Shown here one piece after another: positions 9,345-18,708 of a DNA stretch of 32,000 nt. How positions within the stretch are numbered: position 1 is the first letter of the stretch; each line of letters begins with the position of its first letter. Both the position numbers and the translations under genes were made by a program. Below the pieces are notes generated by a model. The model was not told the DNA's origin. It searched no databases and saw nothing but the letters and a program-made list of their open reading frames with translations. Origin of the DNA: Planctomycetales bacterium (GTDB lineage Bacteria > 4484-113 > JAFGCY01); contig CP060262.1 of NCBI GenBank assembly GCA_022646745.1, positions 990,001 through 1,022,000 on the forward strand, in the 5' to 3' direction.

Positions 9345-9401
9345 ACAGTGGGCAGTAGGCAGTGGGCAGGTCAGATGGCAGTGGGCAGTTGTCAGAATCA
9401 G
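9345..9401. repeat. Heptanucleotide-phased array (TGGGCAG-like x8-9) filling the whole convergent spacer
   Basis: aCAG TGGGCAG TAGGCAG TGGGCAG GTCAG ATGGCAG TGGGCAG TTGTCAG AATCAG. CAG recurs at spacings 7,7,7,5,7,7,7,6. Confidence 0.8.
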
Positions 9402-10522
9402 CGGTCCAGCCGGCGCACAGCACCATGGATGTCCAGCTGGTAGATCGTGCCGTCCGGGCCTTCGTCAAACTGCCGTGTCTCCCAGCGGTAGCCGCTGAAG
9501 CGCTTCAGCTCATTGCCATCAAGGTCCAGAATCAGCAGGTCGCCACGGCCCAGCACCATGTCCAGCGTATTGCCGGAGCCCAGCTGCATGCTGTTGTCAA
9601 CTGCTAGCAGGCCGGCCTGTGGCAGGTAGTCCATGTGCATCGCATCACCGCTGTAAATGCGCCCAGGCGCCTTGTCCGACGGGCTGGACAGGCGGTAGAT
9701 CCCGCAGCTGGTCGGCAGTAGCAGGCCGCCGTCCGGCATGAACTGCACATCCCAGATGGACTGGAACATGCCGGCGCGGTCGGCATCGGGGATGCTGAAC
9801 AGTTCGCTGACGAGGCCATCCACGCTGATGCTGCGCAGCAGCTGGATCGCCCGGCTGTCAAAGCTGCCCGTGATGTAGTACAGCGTGCCGTCGCTCGCCA
9901 CCCGCCCGCGGATGCTTCCTGCCACCTTCACATCATGTGTTGCCAGTACATTGCCCCCGGCATCAATGAGTTGCAGCTGGTCCGCGCTGCCCAGCCAGAT
10001 CAACCCGCAGTCGTCATTGCAGGCCAGGCTGTTCGTGGTGGATGTGGCAAGCACTTCCCAGTCGAGATTGCCGGATGGGCCGAATGCCTTCAGCTGGCTG
10101 CCAACCAGTACCAGCAGCCGCCCGCCTATCAGCCAGGGCCCGTCGTCCCGGCCGATGCGCGGGTTCTCCGGCGTGCTGCTGGACCAGCGCGCGCTGCCAT
10201 CTGGCCCGAGGCAGGCCACAGCATTCCGGGCGGAAATGTAGATGTCCGTATCTGACAACAGCACCTGCATCCGGGCTGTGTTGCCGCCCAGCACTTCCGG
10301 CAACGCAACTTCAAGCACGTTGTCGCCGGGCGGTGAGCTGATCTTCAGCTTTGGCGGGCTGCCATCGATTATATGCACCAGCCTGCCGCTGCGCAGGTCG
10401 GAACCCGGCAGGTCCCAGTTGGTGGCGGCCTGGAAGCGGGTGTTGTTGCCCTTCGCCAGCAGCGGCACCCCGCGGTTGGCGAACAGCACGAGCGGCAGGA
10501 ACATCACCGCCAGCACAAGCAC
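9398..10522 (-). CDS. Membrane-anchored beta-propeller-like protein, function unknown
   Basis: ORF track (GTG 10522, alternative ATG 10504). N-terminal TM LVLAVMFLPLVLF. Repetitive DG-x-x-Y/W blade-like segments. Confidence 0.65.
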   Translation of the reverse strand: MLVLAVMFLPLVLFANRGVPLLAKGNNTRFQAATNWDLPGSDLRSGRLVHIIDGSPPKLKISSPPGDNVLEVALPEVLGGNTARMQVLLSDTDIYISARNAVACLGPDGSARWSSSTPENPRIGRDDGPWLIGGRLLVLVGSQLKAFGPSGNLDWEVLATSTTNSLACNDDCGLIWLGSADQLQLIDAGGNVLATHDVKVAGSIRGRVASDGTLYYITGSFDSRAIQLLRSISVDGLVSELFSIPDADRAGMFQSIWDVQFMPDGGLLLPTSCGIYRLSSPSDKAPGRIYSGDAMHMDYLPQAGLLAVDNSMQLGSGNTLDMVLGRGDLLILDLDGNELKRFSGYRWETRQFDEGPDGTIYQLDIHGAVRRLDR

Positions 10523-10618
10523 GATGCAGCCACCGCAGGCGCATGGCAGCAGCCTGCCGCAACCCCGCCGCTGTGGCGGAGGTCCAGCCTGCTGGATGCC
10601 GGTGTCGATTGCCAGCCC

Positions 10619-12142
10619 CTAGCCGGCCGCCGCGCTGCCCTGCTCCTCTGGCTGCCAGCGCACGTCAATATGCCTTGCGGCATATGTCTCGTCCAGCTGG
10701 GTCACGCGCAGGTTGTCCAGGTTGCGCAGCTTGTCCGCGTCCACCCTGGCCGTGTGGTGCAGCCCGAGCATCACATCCACGAAGCTGTCCAGCAGTTCCT
10801 TGCTTTCGGTCTCCGTCGGCTCGATCATCAGCGCTTCCTCGATGATCAGCGGGAAGTAGGTCGTCGGGGCGTGGAAGCCGGAGTTGAGCAGTGCCTTGGC
10901 GATGTCCTTGGCACTCACGCCGACTTCCTTCTTCAGGCGACCGCAGCTGGCAACGAACTCATGCATGCAGTAGCGGTCGCGGCCGTCCGACCACTTGTCA
11001 TAGCGCACCGGGTAGTGGTCCTTCAGGCGCGCCTGCAGGTAGTTGGCATTGATGATCGCGTTCTCGCTGATGCGGCGCAGGCCGTCCGGGCCATGCAGCA
11101 GGATGTAGATCCAGGCGCGCACGAGGATGCCGAACTGGCCGTGGAACAGCTTCATTCGGCCGATGCTCTGCTCCGGGCGGTAGAACTCGAAGCCGTCGCT
11201 GGTGCTGCGCACGTGCGGATGCGGCAGGAAGGGAGCGAGGTGCTGCTTCACGCCGATCGGGCCGCTGCCCGGGCCGCCGCCGCCGTGCGGTGTTGACAAT
11301 GTCTTGTGCGTGTTGATGTGGATCAGGTCGAAGCCCATGTCGCCGGGGCGCGCGATGCCCAGCAGCGCATTCAGGTTGGCACCGTCGTAGTACAGCAGCG
11401 CGCCGATCTCATGCATGCGCTCGCTGACGGCGAGGATGTCCTTCTCGAAGGTACCAAGCGTGCTCGGGTTCGTTAGCATGATGCCGGCGATGCGCTCCGC
11501 ACCATGCTTCTCGATCGCCGCGTTGAGGATGTCCATGTTCATGATGCCGTCGGCATCAGCGCACTTCACCTCGGCGACCTCGAAGCCCGACAGCACCGCG
11601 CTGGCCGGGTTGGTGCCATGCGCGCTGTCGGGCACGATCATCACAGTGCGCTGGTGCTCGCCGCGGCTCTCGAAGTAGCGCTTGAAGATCAGCATCCCGG
11701 CGAACTCACCCTGCGCGCCGGCGGCCGGCGTCAGGCTGATCTGGTCCATCCCGGTCATGTCCGCCAGCCAGTCCTGCAGGTCCGCGAACATCCTGAGGAA
11801 GCCCGGCAGGCTCTCGATCGGCTGGTGCGGGTGCGTGTTGGCAAAGCCCGGGTGCTTGACGTAGCGCTCGCAGGCCTTCGGGTTGTACTTCATCGTGCAG
11901 CTGCCCAGCGGGTAGAAGCCGGTGTCGATGCCGAAGCTGTCCTGCGCCAGCTTGACGTAGTGGCGCGTCAGCTCCAGCTCGCCGACCTGCGGCAGGGGCA
12001 GGCGCTCGCTGGCAACGAGGTTCTGCGGCAGGCGGCGCTTGTGGTCCTCCACGCGGCCATTGCGCATCCCGCCCACCACCTGCGTGCCGTGGCGGCCCTC
12101 AACGTCATATTCAAAGATCAGCTTGCTCTGGTTAGCTGCCAC
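10619..12142 (-). CDS. gcvPB: Glycine dehydrogenase (decarboxylating) subunit 2
   Basis: PLP-lysine motif INTHKTLSTPHGGGGPG. N-terminus (M)AANQSKLIFE from GTG 12142, overlapping the gcvPA stop by 11 nt. The longer track ORF would overlap gcvPA by 80 nt. Confidence 0.9.
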   Translation of the reverse strand: MAANQSKLIFEYDVEGRHGTQVVGGMRNGRVEDHKRRLPQNLVASERLPLPQVGELELTRHYVKLAQDSFGIDTGFYPLGSCTMKYNPKACERYVKHPGFANTHPHQPIESLPGFLRMFADLQDWLADMTGMDQISLTPAAGAQGEFAGMLIFKRYFESRGEHQRTVMIVPDSAHGTNPASAVLSGFEVAEVKCADADGIMNMDILNAAIEKHGAERIAGIMLTNPSTLGTFEKDILAVSERMHEIGALLYYDGANLNALLGIARPGDMGFDLIHINTHKTLSTPHGGGGPGSGPIGVKQHLAPFLPHPHVRSTSDGFEFYRPEQSIGRMKLFHGQFGILVRAWIYILLHGPDGLRRISENAIINANYLQARLKDHYPVRYDKWSDGRDRYCMHEFVASCGRLKKEVGVSAKDIAKALLNSGFHAPTTYFPLIIEEALMIEPTETESKELLDSFVDVMLGLHHTARVDADKLRNLDNLRVTQLDETYAARHIDVRWQPEEQGSAAAG

Positions 12143-13538
12143 TGAGCACCTCCCAGACCAGCCGGGCCAGCGCATCGCTGTCCTCGGTGGTGTGGATCTC
12201 CGTGAAGGCAAAGGTCAGGCAGTCGCCGACCAGCCCGGCATTGCTTTCGCTGTTGAGCGTGCCGTCGCTTTCCACCAGCGGGTGGATGCCGCACAGCATG
12301 CCTTCCTGCAGCCCGCGCTGGCGGATCGCCGCGGCGGTGCCGCCCGGGAAGCGCAGCGTGAACTCATTGAAGAAGTGGCGCTCCGGGAAGGCATCCTGCA
12401 CGCCGCTGATGTTGACAAGCTTCTCGTGGGCCTCGAGCGCGTTGGCATGGCACAGCGCCGCCAGCTGGCGGAAGCCGTTGCGCCCGACGCTGCCGAGGTA
12501 GATGCAGGCCCTGAGTGCCAGCAGCGCCTGGTTGGAGCAGATGTTGCTCATCGCCTTGTTGCGGCGGATGTGCTGCTCGCGCGCCTGCAGGGTCATCACG
12601 AAGCCCATGCCGGGCTCGCCGTCTCGCTGGCAGACCGTGCGGCCGATCAGGCGGCCGGGCAACACACGCACGAATTCCTCACGGCAGGCGAGGAAGCCGC
12701 AGTACGGGCCGCCGTAGTTGACATAGTTTCCGAAGCACTGGGCCTCACCGCAGACGATGTCCGCGCCCAGCTCGCCGGGGGTCCTGAGCAGGCCGGCGGT
12801 GTAGGGGTAGAAGCTGAATACCACCAGCGCGCCGCTTTCACGGACCACCGCACTGAGCTGCTCCAGCTCCTCCTCGAGGTAGCCAAGGCAGTCCGGGTAC
12901 TGGAAGATCACGCAGGCCACGTCCTCGGACAGGGCCCCACGCAGGGCATCCACCGTCAGGCGGCCGCTGCTGTCGGCGGACAGCACCTCGGTTTCCATTT
13001 CCATGCCGATCGCATAGGTGTCCACCACGTTGCGGAACTCGGCGTTGACAAACGGCGCAAACAGCACGCGCTTGCGCTTGCCCTTGTGGACGTAGTTGCT
13101 CATCAGCACCGCGTCGGCAAGGGTGGTTGCTCCGTCATATCCGCTGGCGTTCGAGATGTCCATCCCGGTCAGCATGCAGATGTAGCTCTGGTATTCGTAG
13201 ATGCTCTGCAGGTAACCCTGGCTGACTTCCGGCTGGTACGGGGTGTATGCGGTGTAGAACTCACCGCGGGAGCTGATTTCATCCACCACGCTCGGGACAT
13301 GGTGCATGTATGACCCACCGCCGGCGAACACACGGCCGGGCGGGATACGCAGGTTCTGCGCGGTCAGCGCCTCAACGGCGCGTCCGAGCTCAACCTCACC
13401 ATGGGCCTCCGGCACCAGCAGCTGGCGCTGCATGATCAGGTCCGGGGGGATAGCCACGAGCAGGTCCTCAAAGCGCTCGACGCCGATCAGTTTCAGCATC
13501 TCGGCGCGCTGAGCCGCCGTGTTGGGAACGAATGTCAT
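12132..13538 (-). CDS. gcvPA: Glycine dehydrogenase (decarboxylating) subunit 1
   Basis: 468 aa. N-terminus MTFVPNTAAQRAEMLKLIGV... and the YTPYQPEVSQG motif are typical of GcvPA. Operon position between gcvH and gcvPB. Confidence 0.9.
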   Translation of the reverse strand: MTFVPNTAAQRAEMLKLIGVERFEDLLVAIPPDLIMQRQLLVPEAHGEVELGRAVEALTAQNLRIPPGRVFAGGGSYMHHVPSVVDEISSRGEFYTAYTPYQPEVSQGYLQSIYEYQSYICMLTGMDISNASGYDGATTLADAVLMSNYVHKGKRKRVLFAPFVNAEFRNVVDTYAIGMEMETEVLSADSSGRLTVDALRGALSEDVACVIFQYPDCLGYLEEELEQLSAVVRESGALVVFSFYPYTAGLLRTPGELGADIVCGEAQCFGNYVNYGGPYCGFLACREEFVRVLPGRLIGRTVCQRDGEPGMGFVMTLQAREQHIRRNKAMSNICSNQALLALRACIYLGSVGRNGFRQLAALCHANALEAHEKLVNISGVQDAFPERHFFNEFTLRFPGGTAAAIRQRGLQEGMLCGIHPLVESDGTLNSESNAGLVGDCLTFAFTEIHTTEDSDALARLVWEVLSGS

Positions 13539-13574
13539 GCTCTGTTGCCTTCCTTAAGTTGTGCGGGCTGGGGA

Positions 13575-13943
13575 CTACTTGTCCATCGCGTCGTAGGCCG
13601 CCTGGTCCATCAGGCTGTCCAGCTGGGCGGGGTCCATGACCTCGACCTTGGCCATCCAGCCGCTGCCCTGGGCATCCGAGTTGATCACCTCGGGGGCGTC
13701 CTCAAGCGACGAATTGACTTCGATGATGCGCAGTGACACAGGAGCCATCACGCCCGCGACCGCCTTGACGGATTCCACCGTGGCGAGCTCGTCGCCCGCG
13801 CTGAACTCCGCGCCCGCCTCGGGCAGCTCAACGAAAGTGATGTCGCCCAGCGCTTCCTGGGCATGGTCGGTGATTCCGAGGAACCAGGCCGATCCCTCCT
13901 CGCGGAGGTACTCATGTGTCTTTGTGTACAGGATCCGGGACAC
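13575..13943 (-). CDS. gcvH: Glycine cleavage system H protein
   Basis: 122 aa, lipoyl-lysine motif ATVESVKAV. GTG start preceded by AGGGAG. Confidence 0.92.
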   Translation of the reverse strand: MSRILYTKTHEYLREEGSAWFLGITDHAQEALGDITFVELPEAGAEFSAGDELATVESVKAVAGVMAPVSLRIIEVNSSLEDAPEVINSDAQGSGWMAKVEVMDPAQLDSLMDQAAYDAMDK

Positions 13944-14032
13944 AGCGCGCTCCCTGTGTTGAAGTTGCAGTAAGTCTACTATCCGAAACGCGACTTTCTA
14001 CCTGATAAGTATGGAAATATTGCAGGGCGGAG

Positions 14033-14077
14033 GCCAAGCTGTAAGCTTGGCACGGAGGTCAGGCGGGGAGGTCAGGC
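14033..14077. repeat. 8-bp hairpin (GCCAAGCT-GTA-AGCTTGGC) followed by two direct copies of GGAGGTCAGGC (13-nt period)
   Basis: Read directly. The GGAGGTCAG core recurs at 17370 (+) and at 19413-19422 and 19439-19448 (-). Confidence 0.7.
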
Positions 14078-14212
14078 AGAGCGTAGCGGAAATGACAGCG
14101 GGCAGGTAAGCAGCAGCTCCCTGCCATATGTAGCAAGGATAGTGGCCCGTCTGTATGGGGTTTCAGGCTTGCGGCTTGTCTTGGCTCAGGCAACTGCCTG
14201 CTTCAGCAGCTT

Positions 14213-14719
14213 TCAATTGCTGCGGTCGAGCTGCTCATCCTTGTCGCCAGGCACAGCTCCGTCGGCACTTGTGGCTGTGTCGAACTCACCGTAGACCTCA
14301 AGCACATGGTAATGCTCCTTGAAGCCCTTCTCGGCACAGATGCGGTCCAGCATGCGGTGCAGGTCCTCATCGCCGGTGAACTCCAGCACGCGGCCGGTAC
14401 GGATGTCCACCATGTGGTGATGGTGCCCTTCGATGTCCGCCAGCTCATAGCGGTAGCTGTTCTCATGCACACGCGTCCGCGTCAGCACCTCGCTCTCGAC
14501 CAGCAGGTCGAGCGTGCGGTAGACGGTGGCGCGGCTGGCCACGCCGGGAGACTTCTCATTGAGCTCACGCAACAGGTCTTCCGCCTGGAAATGCCAGCCC
14601 TTCTTGGCCATCAGGTGCTCTATCAGCGCGCGCCGGGGCCGTGTCAGTTTGAGATTGTGCTCGAGAAACACCCGGTAGAAGCGTTCACGCACAAGATCAG
14701 AGCTCTTCTGCTTACTCAT
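14213..14719 (-). CDS. Fur-family metalloregulator
   Basis: Winged-helix ATVYRTLDLLVE, then an H-rich metal site (EGHHHHMV, HYHVLEVYG). ATG 14719 is preceded by GAGGA 8 nt upstream. No CxxC pairs. Confidence 0.8.
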   Translation of the reverse strand: MSKQKSSDLVRERFYRVFLEHNLKLTRPRRALIEHLMAKKGWHFQAEDLLRELNEKSPGVASRATVYRTLDLLVESEVLTRTRVHENSYRYELADIEGHHHHMVDIRTGRVLEFTGDEDLHRMLDRICAEKGFKEHYHVLEVYGEFDTATSADGAVPGDKDEQLDRSN

Positions 14720-14790
14720 TACACCAGTCCTCAACTCAAAGGCAGGGATACCGTAACCCGATTATACAGTAGCCAAATGTGGGTTAAAAC

Positions 14791-16635
14791 CTAACGCAGG
14801 AACATTTTCTCAAGTTCACTGCTGCCAATCTCAATTATCGTCGGCCGGCCATGCGGGCAGCTCAGGCTGCTCCAACTTTCCAGAAGCAGCCTGAGCAGGG
14901 CCAGCTGTTCGGATTCCGTCAGGCGCATGCGGGCCTTGATCGCCGCACGGCAGGAAATGCTGGCGGCCAGTTCCTTGATGCGGTCCTCGAGCAGGTCACT
15001 GATGCCCCGCGAACTGAACTCCTCCAGCGCATCCGCCATCAGCGCGGGGTTGATCCGGTTGCGCAGGAACTGGGGCACCTCTGATATGACAAGGCTGCCA
15101 CCCGCACCGGCTTCTGCATTGAAGCCGACGCGCCGCAGTGCCTCAAGCAGCGGCTGCATGTCCTCGCTTTCCGTGTCGTCAAGGCTGACCACCATCGGGA
15201 ACAGCAGGCTCTGGCGGGTGATTGCACTGGCCCGGGCCGGGTCCACCGCCTCATATATCTTCTCAAACAGGATGCGCTCGTGGGCTGCATGCTGGTCCAC
15301 CACATACAGGCGCTCGCCGCTGTTGAGCACGAGGTAGCTGTTGCCGACCTGGCCGACCAGGCTGAGCTGCGGTGCATCAGCGAAGCCGGCATCCGCATCA
15401 TCCTGCGCCAGCTGCACCCGCCGCTCCGGGATCACATCAATCGGTGGTGGGACGAAGGCGAAGTCATCCTCTGGCTCTAGCCTGGCTGGCGTTACTGATG
15501 CATCGACGGATACCTCGGCATACTGCCGGGCGGCATCAGCAAGGCTCAGGTTCGGCCGGCGGCGCTCAATGCTGTCCACCGGCCGGCCCGGCATACCGGC
15601 ATCCAGCTGGCGTACCACACTGCTCAGGCCGCTGCGCAGGCTGCCCTGGCGCTCCCCGGCGGCCCGGTTCATCCCACGGCGCACGGCCGTGCTGAGCAGG
15701 GTGTAGACGGCCTGGGGCTGGGAGAAGCTGACCTCCAGCTTCATCGGATGCACGTTGACGTCTATCTCCTCCGGGGGCAGCTCAAGGAAGAAGGCCCCGG
15801 CCGGGTACTTCCCTGAAGAGAGGAATTCTCGCATTGCATCATCAACCGCCTTATAAAGCAATCGGTTGGTTACTGGTCGGCGGTTGATGAAGAACCATTG
15901 CCGGCTGCGGTTGTTGCGGTGGTAGGTCGGGTCAGATATCAGGCCATGCACGGCGGATGGCGGGAATTCATAGTCCAGCTCGTGCAGCTCATGGCGGAAG
16001 CCCGGCTCTATCAGGTCTGAGAGTACCTGGCGGCGGTCCCCCGAGCCATCGGTGGACAGCAGGCTGCGCCCCGCGCTGAGCAGCTCCCAGCGCACCTCCG
16101 GCCAGGCAATGGCATAGGACACCAGCATCCGTCCAACCTGCGCCGATTCACTCTGGCGCGAGCGCAGGAACTTGAGGCGCGCCGGCGTGTTGTGGAACAG
16201 TTCGCGCACCTCGACTTCGGTGCCACCCTGCAGGTTGACCGGCTCAGTGCTGGACAGGCCAGCCGGATCAAGGCTGAGTGCCGTGCCCAGCTCATCGTCC
16301 GCATGGTGGCTGGCAATGCGCAGGCGGGACACGGCGGCGATGCTGGCCAGCGCTTCGCCGCGGAAGCCGAGCGAGGACAGGCCGAACACATCATCCAGGC
16401 TGCGGATTTTACTCGTATGATGCGGCAGCACGGCGAGCGGCAGCTCCGAGGCCGGGATGCCATGACCGTTGTCAGTCACGCGGATCAGCTGGCGGCCGCC
16501 GTCCTCCAGTTCCACCGTGACCTGCGTGGCCCCGGCGTCCAGTGCATTCTCCACCAGCTCCTTGACGACATTCACCGGGCGCTCGACGACTTCGCCTGCA
16601 CTGATGCGGCGTGCCTCCTGCTCACTGAGCGCCAT
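14791..16635 (-). CDS. mutL: DNA mismatch repair protein MutL
   Basis: GHKL motif ISAGEVVERPVNVVKELVENALDAG, DNGHGI, and a C-terminal dimerisation/endonuclease region. ATG 16635 (alternative GTG 16665). Confidence 0.9.
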   Translation of the reverse strand: MALSEQEARRISAGEVVERPVNVVKELVENALDAGATQVTVELEDGGRQLIRVTDNGHGIPASELPLAVLPHHTSKIRSLDDVFGLSSLGFRGEALASIAAVSRLRIASHHADDELGTALSLDPAGLSSTEPVNLQGGTEVEVRELFHNTPARLKFLRSRQSESAQVGRMLVSYAIAWPEVRWELLSAGRSLLSTDGSGDRRQVLSDLIEPGFRHELHELDYEFPPSAVHGLISDPTYHRNNRSRQWFFINRRPVTNRLLYKAVDDAMREFLSSGKYPAGAFFLELPPEEIDVNVHPMKLEVSFSQPQAVYTLLSTAVRRGMNRAAGERQGSLRSGLSSVVRQLDAGMPGRPVDSIERRRPNLSLADAARQYAEVSVDASVTPARLEPEDDFAFVPPPIDVIPERRVQLAQDDADAGFADAPQLSLVGQVGNSYLVLNSGERLYVVDQHAAHERILFEKIYEAVDPARASAITRQSLLFPMVVSLDDTESEDMQPLLEALRRVGFNAEAGAGGSLVISEVPQFLRNRINPALMADALEEFSSRGISDLLEDRIKELAASISCRAAIKARMRLTESEQLALLRLLLESWSSLSCPHGRPTIIEIGSSELEKMFLR

Positions 16636-16779
16636 GATCGGCTGGCGCGGCTGTGCCTCTTCCACGGGGATAGTGTAGCCCAGCGCGGGCCTGCTGCAGT
16701 GCTTTTCGCAGGTACTGTGGCGGGCGGTTGCCAGAATGAGCGGCTGTTACAATCAACTAATCAATCGGTTGGTGAGTGT

Positions 16780-17391
16780 ATGGAACAGCAGCAGCGCAGG
16801 GTGACACAGAAGGGGCAGCGCGCCAGGAGCGCGCTCGTCGAGGCCGCGCTTGCGGTGTTCTCGAAGAGTGGCTACGGCTCGGCCAGTGTGGCGGACATCG
16901 TGGACAGCGCCGGCCTGACGAAGAACCACCTGTTCTACCACTTCGGCAGCAAGGAAGCGCTGGCGGCGGCGGCACTTGAGCAGTCCCAGACCATCTGGCG
17001 CAATGAGCTCGCCATGCCGGCTGAAGTATTCCCGGACAGTGCACGGCGGCTCGGCTTCTGCATCCGCCGCCTGTCGGAAGGTTCGCTGCAAGGCCAATAC
17101 CGCCTGCTGGCGGCGATGCGGCTGGACCGCTCAGCATTGCCTGAGGAGCTGGCAGCGCAGGTGGATGCCTACGAGAAGGAGCTGGTGGAATTCTGGCGCC
17201 GGCTGCTGAAGGGACTGAAGGGTGAAGGCAGCCCAGCCCCGAAGATGAAGGCGCGAGCGATGGCCACGGCGATCACCTGGCAACTGTGTGGCGCGGCGAT
17301 CGCCGATGACGGGAAGAACGGTATGTTCGCGGCCCAGGCGGCCTTCATCGGCAGCCTGCTGGGGGATGGGGGAGGTCAGCTGTCAAGCTGA
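16780..17391 (+). CDS. TetR-family transcriptional regulator
   Basis: Internal ATG 16780 gives MEQQQRRV...ALVEAALAVFSKSGYGSASVADIVDSAGLTKNHLFYHFGSKEAL (TetR HTH). The upstream part of the track ORF is antisense to mutL. Confidence 0.85.
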   Translation: MEQQQRRVTQKGQRARSALVEAALAVFSKSGYGSASVADIVDSAGLTKNHLFYHFGSKEALAAAALEQSQTIWRNELAMPAEVFPDSARRLGFCIRRLSEGSLQGQYRLLAAMRLDRSALPEELAAQVDAYEKELVEFWRRLLKGLKGEGSPAPKMKARAMATAITWQLCGAAIADDGKNGMFAAQAAFIGSLLGDGGGQLSS

Positions 17392-17395
17392 CAAC
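17370..17395 (+). repeat. Hairpin repeat GGGAG-GTCAGCT-GTCA-AGCTGAC-AAC overlapping the tetR-family stop codon
   Basis: 7-bp stem, 4-nt loop. 24/26 identical to the reverse complement of 19397..19422. Confidence 0.8.
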
Positions 17396-17703
17396 TGCAC
17401 TCAGGTAGCAGAAAGCTGAAAGCAGACCCGGCATGATGAGGCATCGGTAATCGCTGCGCTCGGTTTACTACATGCAATTCGTAAATGTGCTTCAACCACC
17501 AAGGCACTAAGACACCAGGTAATCCTTCACAATACAAGTACCGGCGCGGCCCGGCAGCGCCAACGCGCGTGAAGTAGCGATTGGGCAGGATGCTCCGCAA
17601 GGCAGTTGAATTCGATTTCCTCTCACGCAATTCGCAATTCATACGCAGCATCCCCATGCGTCTTCATATTGAATGTCTTGCTCGCCTGATAACATGAAAT
17701 GGG

Positions 17704-18708
17704 ATGGACAGGAAGCGTAAGTTGTTTGTTCTCGTGGCAAGCGTTGTCACTTTGCTGCTGTCGCTGCTCATCATCAGGAACTTCTATACAGGTGGCAGAA
17801 TCCTGCCTGGAGCCCGATCAAACCCTGATCTGGTACTGGATCTCGGCAATGGCGTGAAGATGGAGTTTGCCAGCATCCCTGCTGGAATCGTACGAATGGG
17901 AGCACCTGACCATGAGAAATTTGGCGATCCTCAGTTTGCTCCGCGTTGGGAGTATGGAGAGCATAATGTTTCTTCCCTTCACATGGCCGTGTTCGAAACC
18001 ACGAACGAGCAGTTCCTCTGCTTCCTGAACAGTGGATATGCTTCCAAGGGCAACTGGAGCCAGGAAGGACTGGAATGGATGAGAGGCAACGGCAAGCTCA
18101 GTGCTCACTTGCAGCGTATCAGCAAACTGGACGGAAGGCTACCGGTAGCCGGGATCAACTTCTACGAAGCCGAAGCATTCTGCAACTGGCTCAGTGCACT
18201 TGCAGCAAAACAGCATGGCCTGTCCGCGAGATTGCCAACAGAAATCGAGTGGGAGTATTGTGCTGAGGGCGAGACTCAGGAAGGTGAGTCGCACCTCTGT
18301 GTCTGGGGAGATGCCAATGGCAACCGGGATATAGACGAGATTGATGCCGGATGGACCAATACCGACTGGAATTTCGGTAGAGACAATGTCAATGGATTGG
18401 CAAGGGGAGGACGCTTCCCACGAGACCTAAGCTGGTGTGGACTTTATGACATGAATGGCAATGTTGCAGAGATTGTTGTGAGTTCCCCCGGAAACCCAAG
18501 ACTGACTCCGCTGAATCCGAACTGGGGGCTTGATCCGATGATCACAAAGGGATACAGGGTTTTCAATACAGGTAACAAGGATTCAATCCAGAGGCAGCTT
18601 GAGGGTCAATGGGAAGTGATGAAGAGTGGATTGATAATTTCCGATTACAGTCTGCACCTAAAGGCAATTGATGCCGGGGGCATAGGATTCAGGGTTGCCT
18701 TGGATTAG
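17704..18708 (+). CDS. FGE-sulfatase (SUMF1/C-type-lectin-fold) family protein with N-terminal TM anchor
   Basis: FYEAEAFCNWLS, GNVAEIV and C-terminal GIGFRVA motifs. TM segment LFVLVASVVTLLLSLLII. GC about 43-53 % on sampled lines versus 63-67 % in neighbours. Confidence 0.8.
   Translation: MDRKRKLFVLVASVVTLLLSLLIIRNFYTGGRILPGARSNPDLVLDLGNGVKMEFASIPAGIVRMGAPDHEKFGDPQFAPRWEYGEHNVSSLHMAVFETTNEQFLCFLNSGYASKGNWSQEGLEWMRGNGKLSAHLQRISKLDGRLPVAGINFYEAEAFCNWLSALAAKQHGLSARLPTEIEWEYCAEGETQEGESHLCVWGDANGNRDIDEIDAGWTNTDWNFGRDNVNGLARGGRFPRDLSWCGLYDMNGNVAEIVVSSPGNPRLTPLNPNWGLDPMITKGYRVFNTGNKDSIQRQLEGQWEVMKSGLIISDYSLHLKAIDAGGIGFRVALD

Noticed and set aside
12039-13313. Long antisense ORFs opposite real genes. 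Examples are 12039..13313 +, 5245..6132 +, 8109..9038 -, 23159..23872 +, 23992..24747 +, 25060..26256 +, 30576..31715 + and 16192..16779 +.
   Set aside because: These are typical high-GC stop-codon-poor antisense frames. Their translations are Arg/Ala/Gly/His-rich without motifs, and each fully overlaps a gene with clear family signatures.
13944-14212. Glycine riboswitch upstream of gcvH.
   Set aside because: The conserved cores are absent on the minus strand. The only CTCAGGCAA match (about 14186) is on the wrong strand, at the fur-family gene's 3' end.
16735-16779. TetR operator palindrome and a TACAAT -10 element in the mutL / tetR-family divergent region.
   Set aside because: The palindrome (CAACTAATCAATCGGTTG) is only partly symmetric. 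The best -35 (TTGCCA) is 14 nt from TACAAT, too close for a standard promoter. Not reported as a feature.
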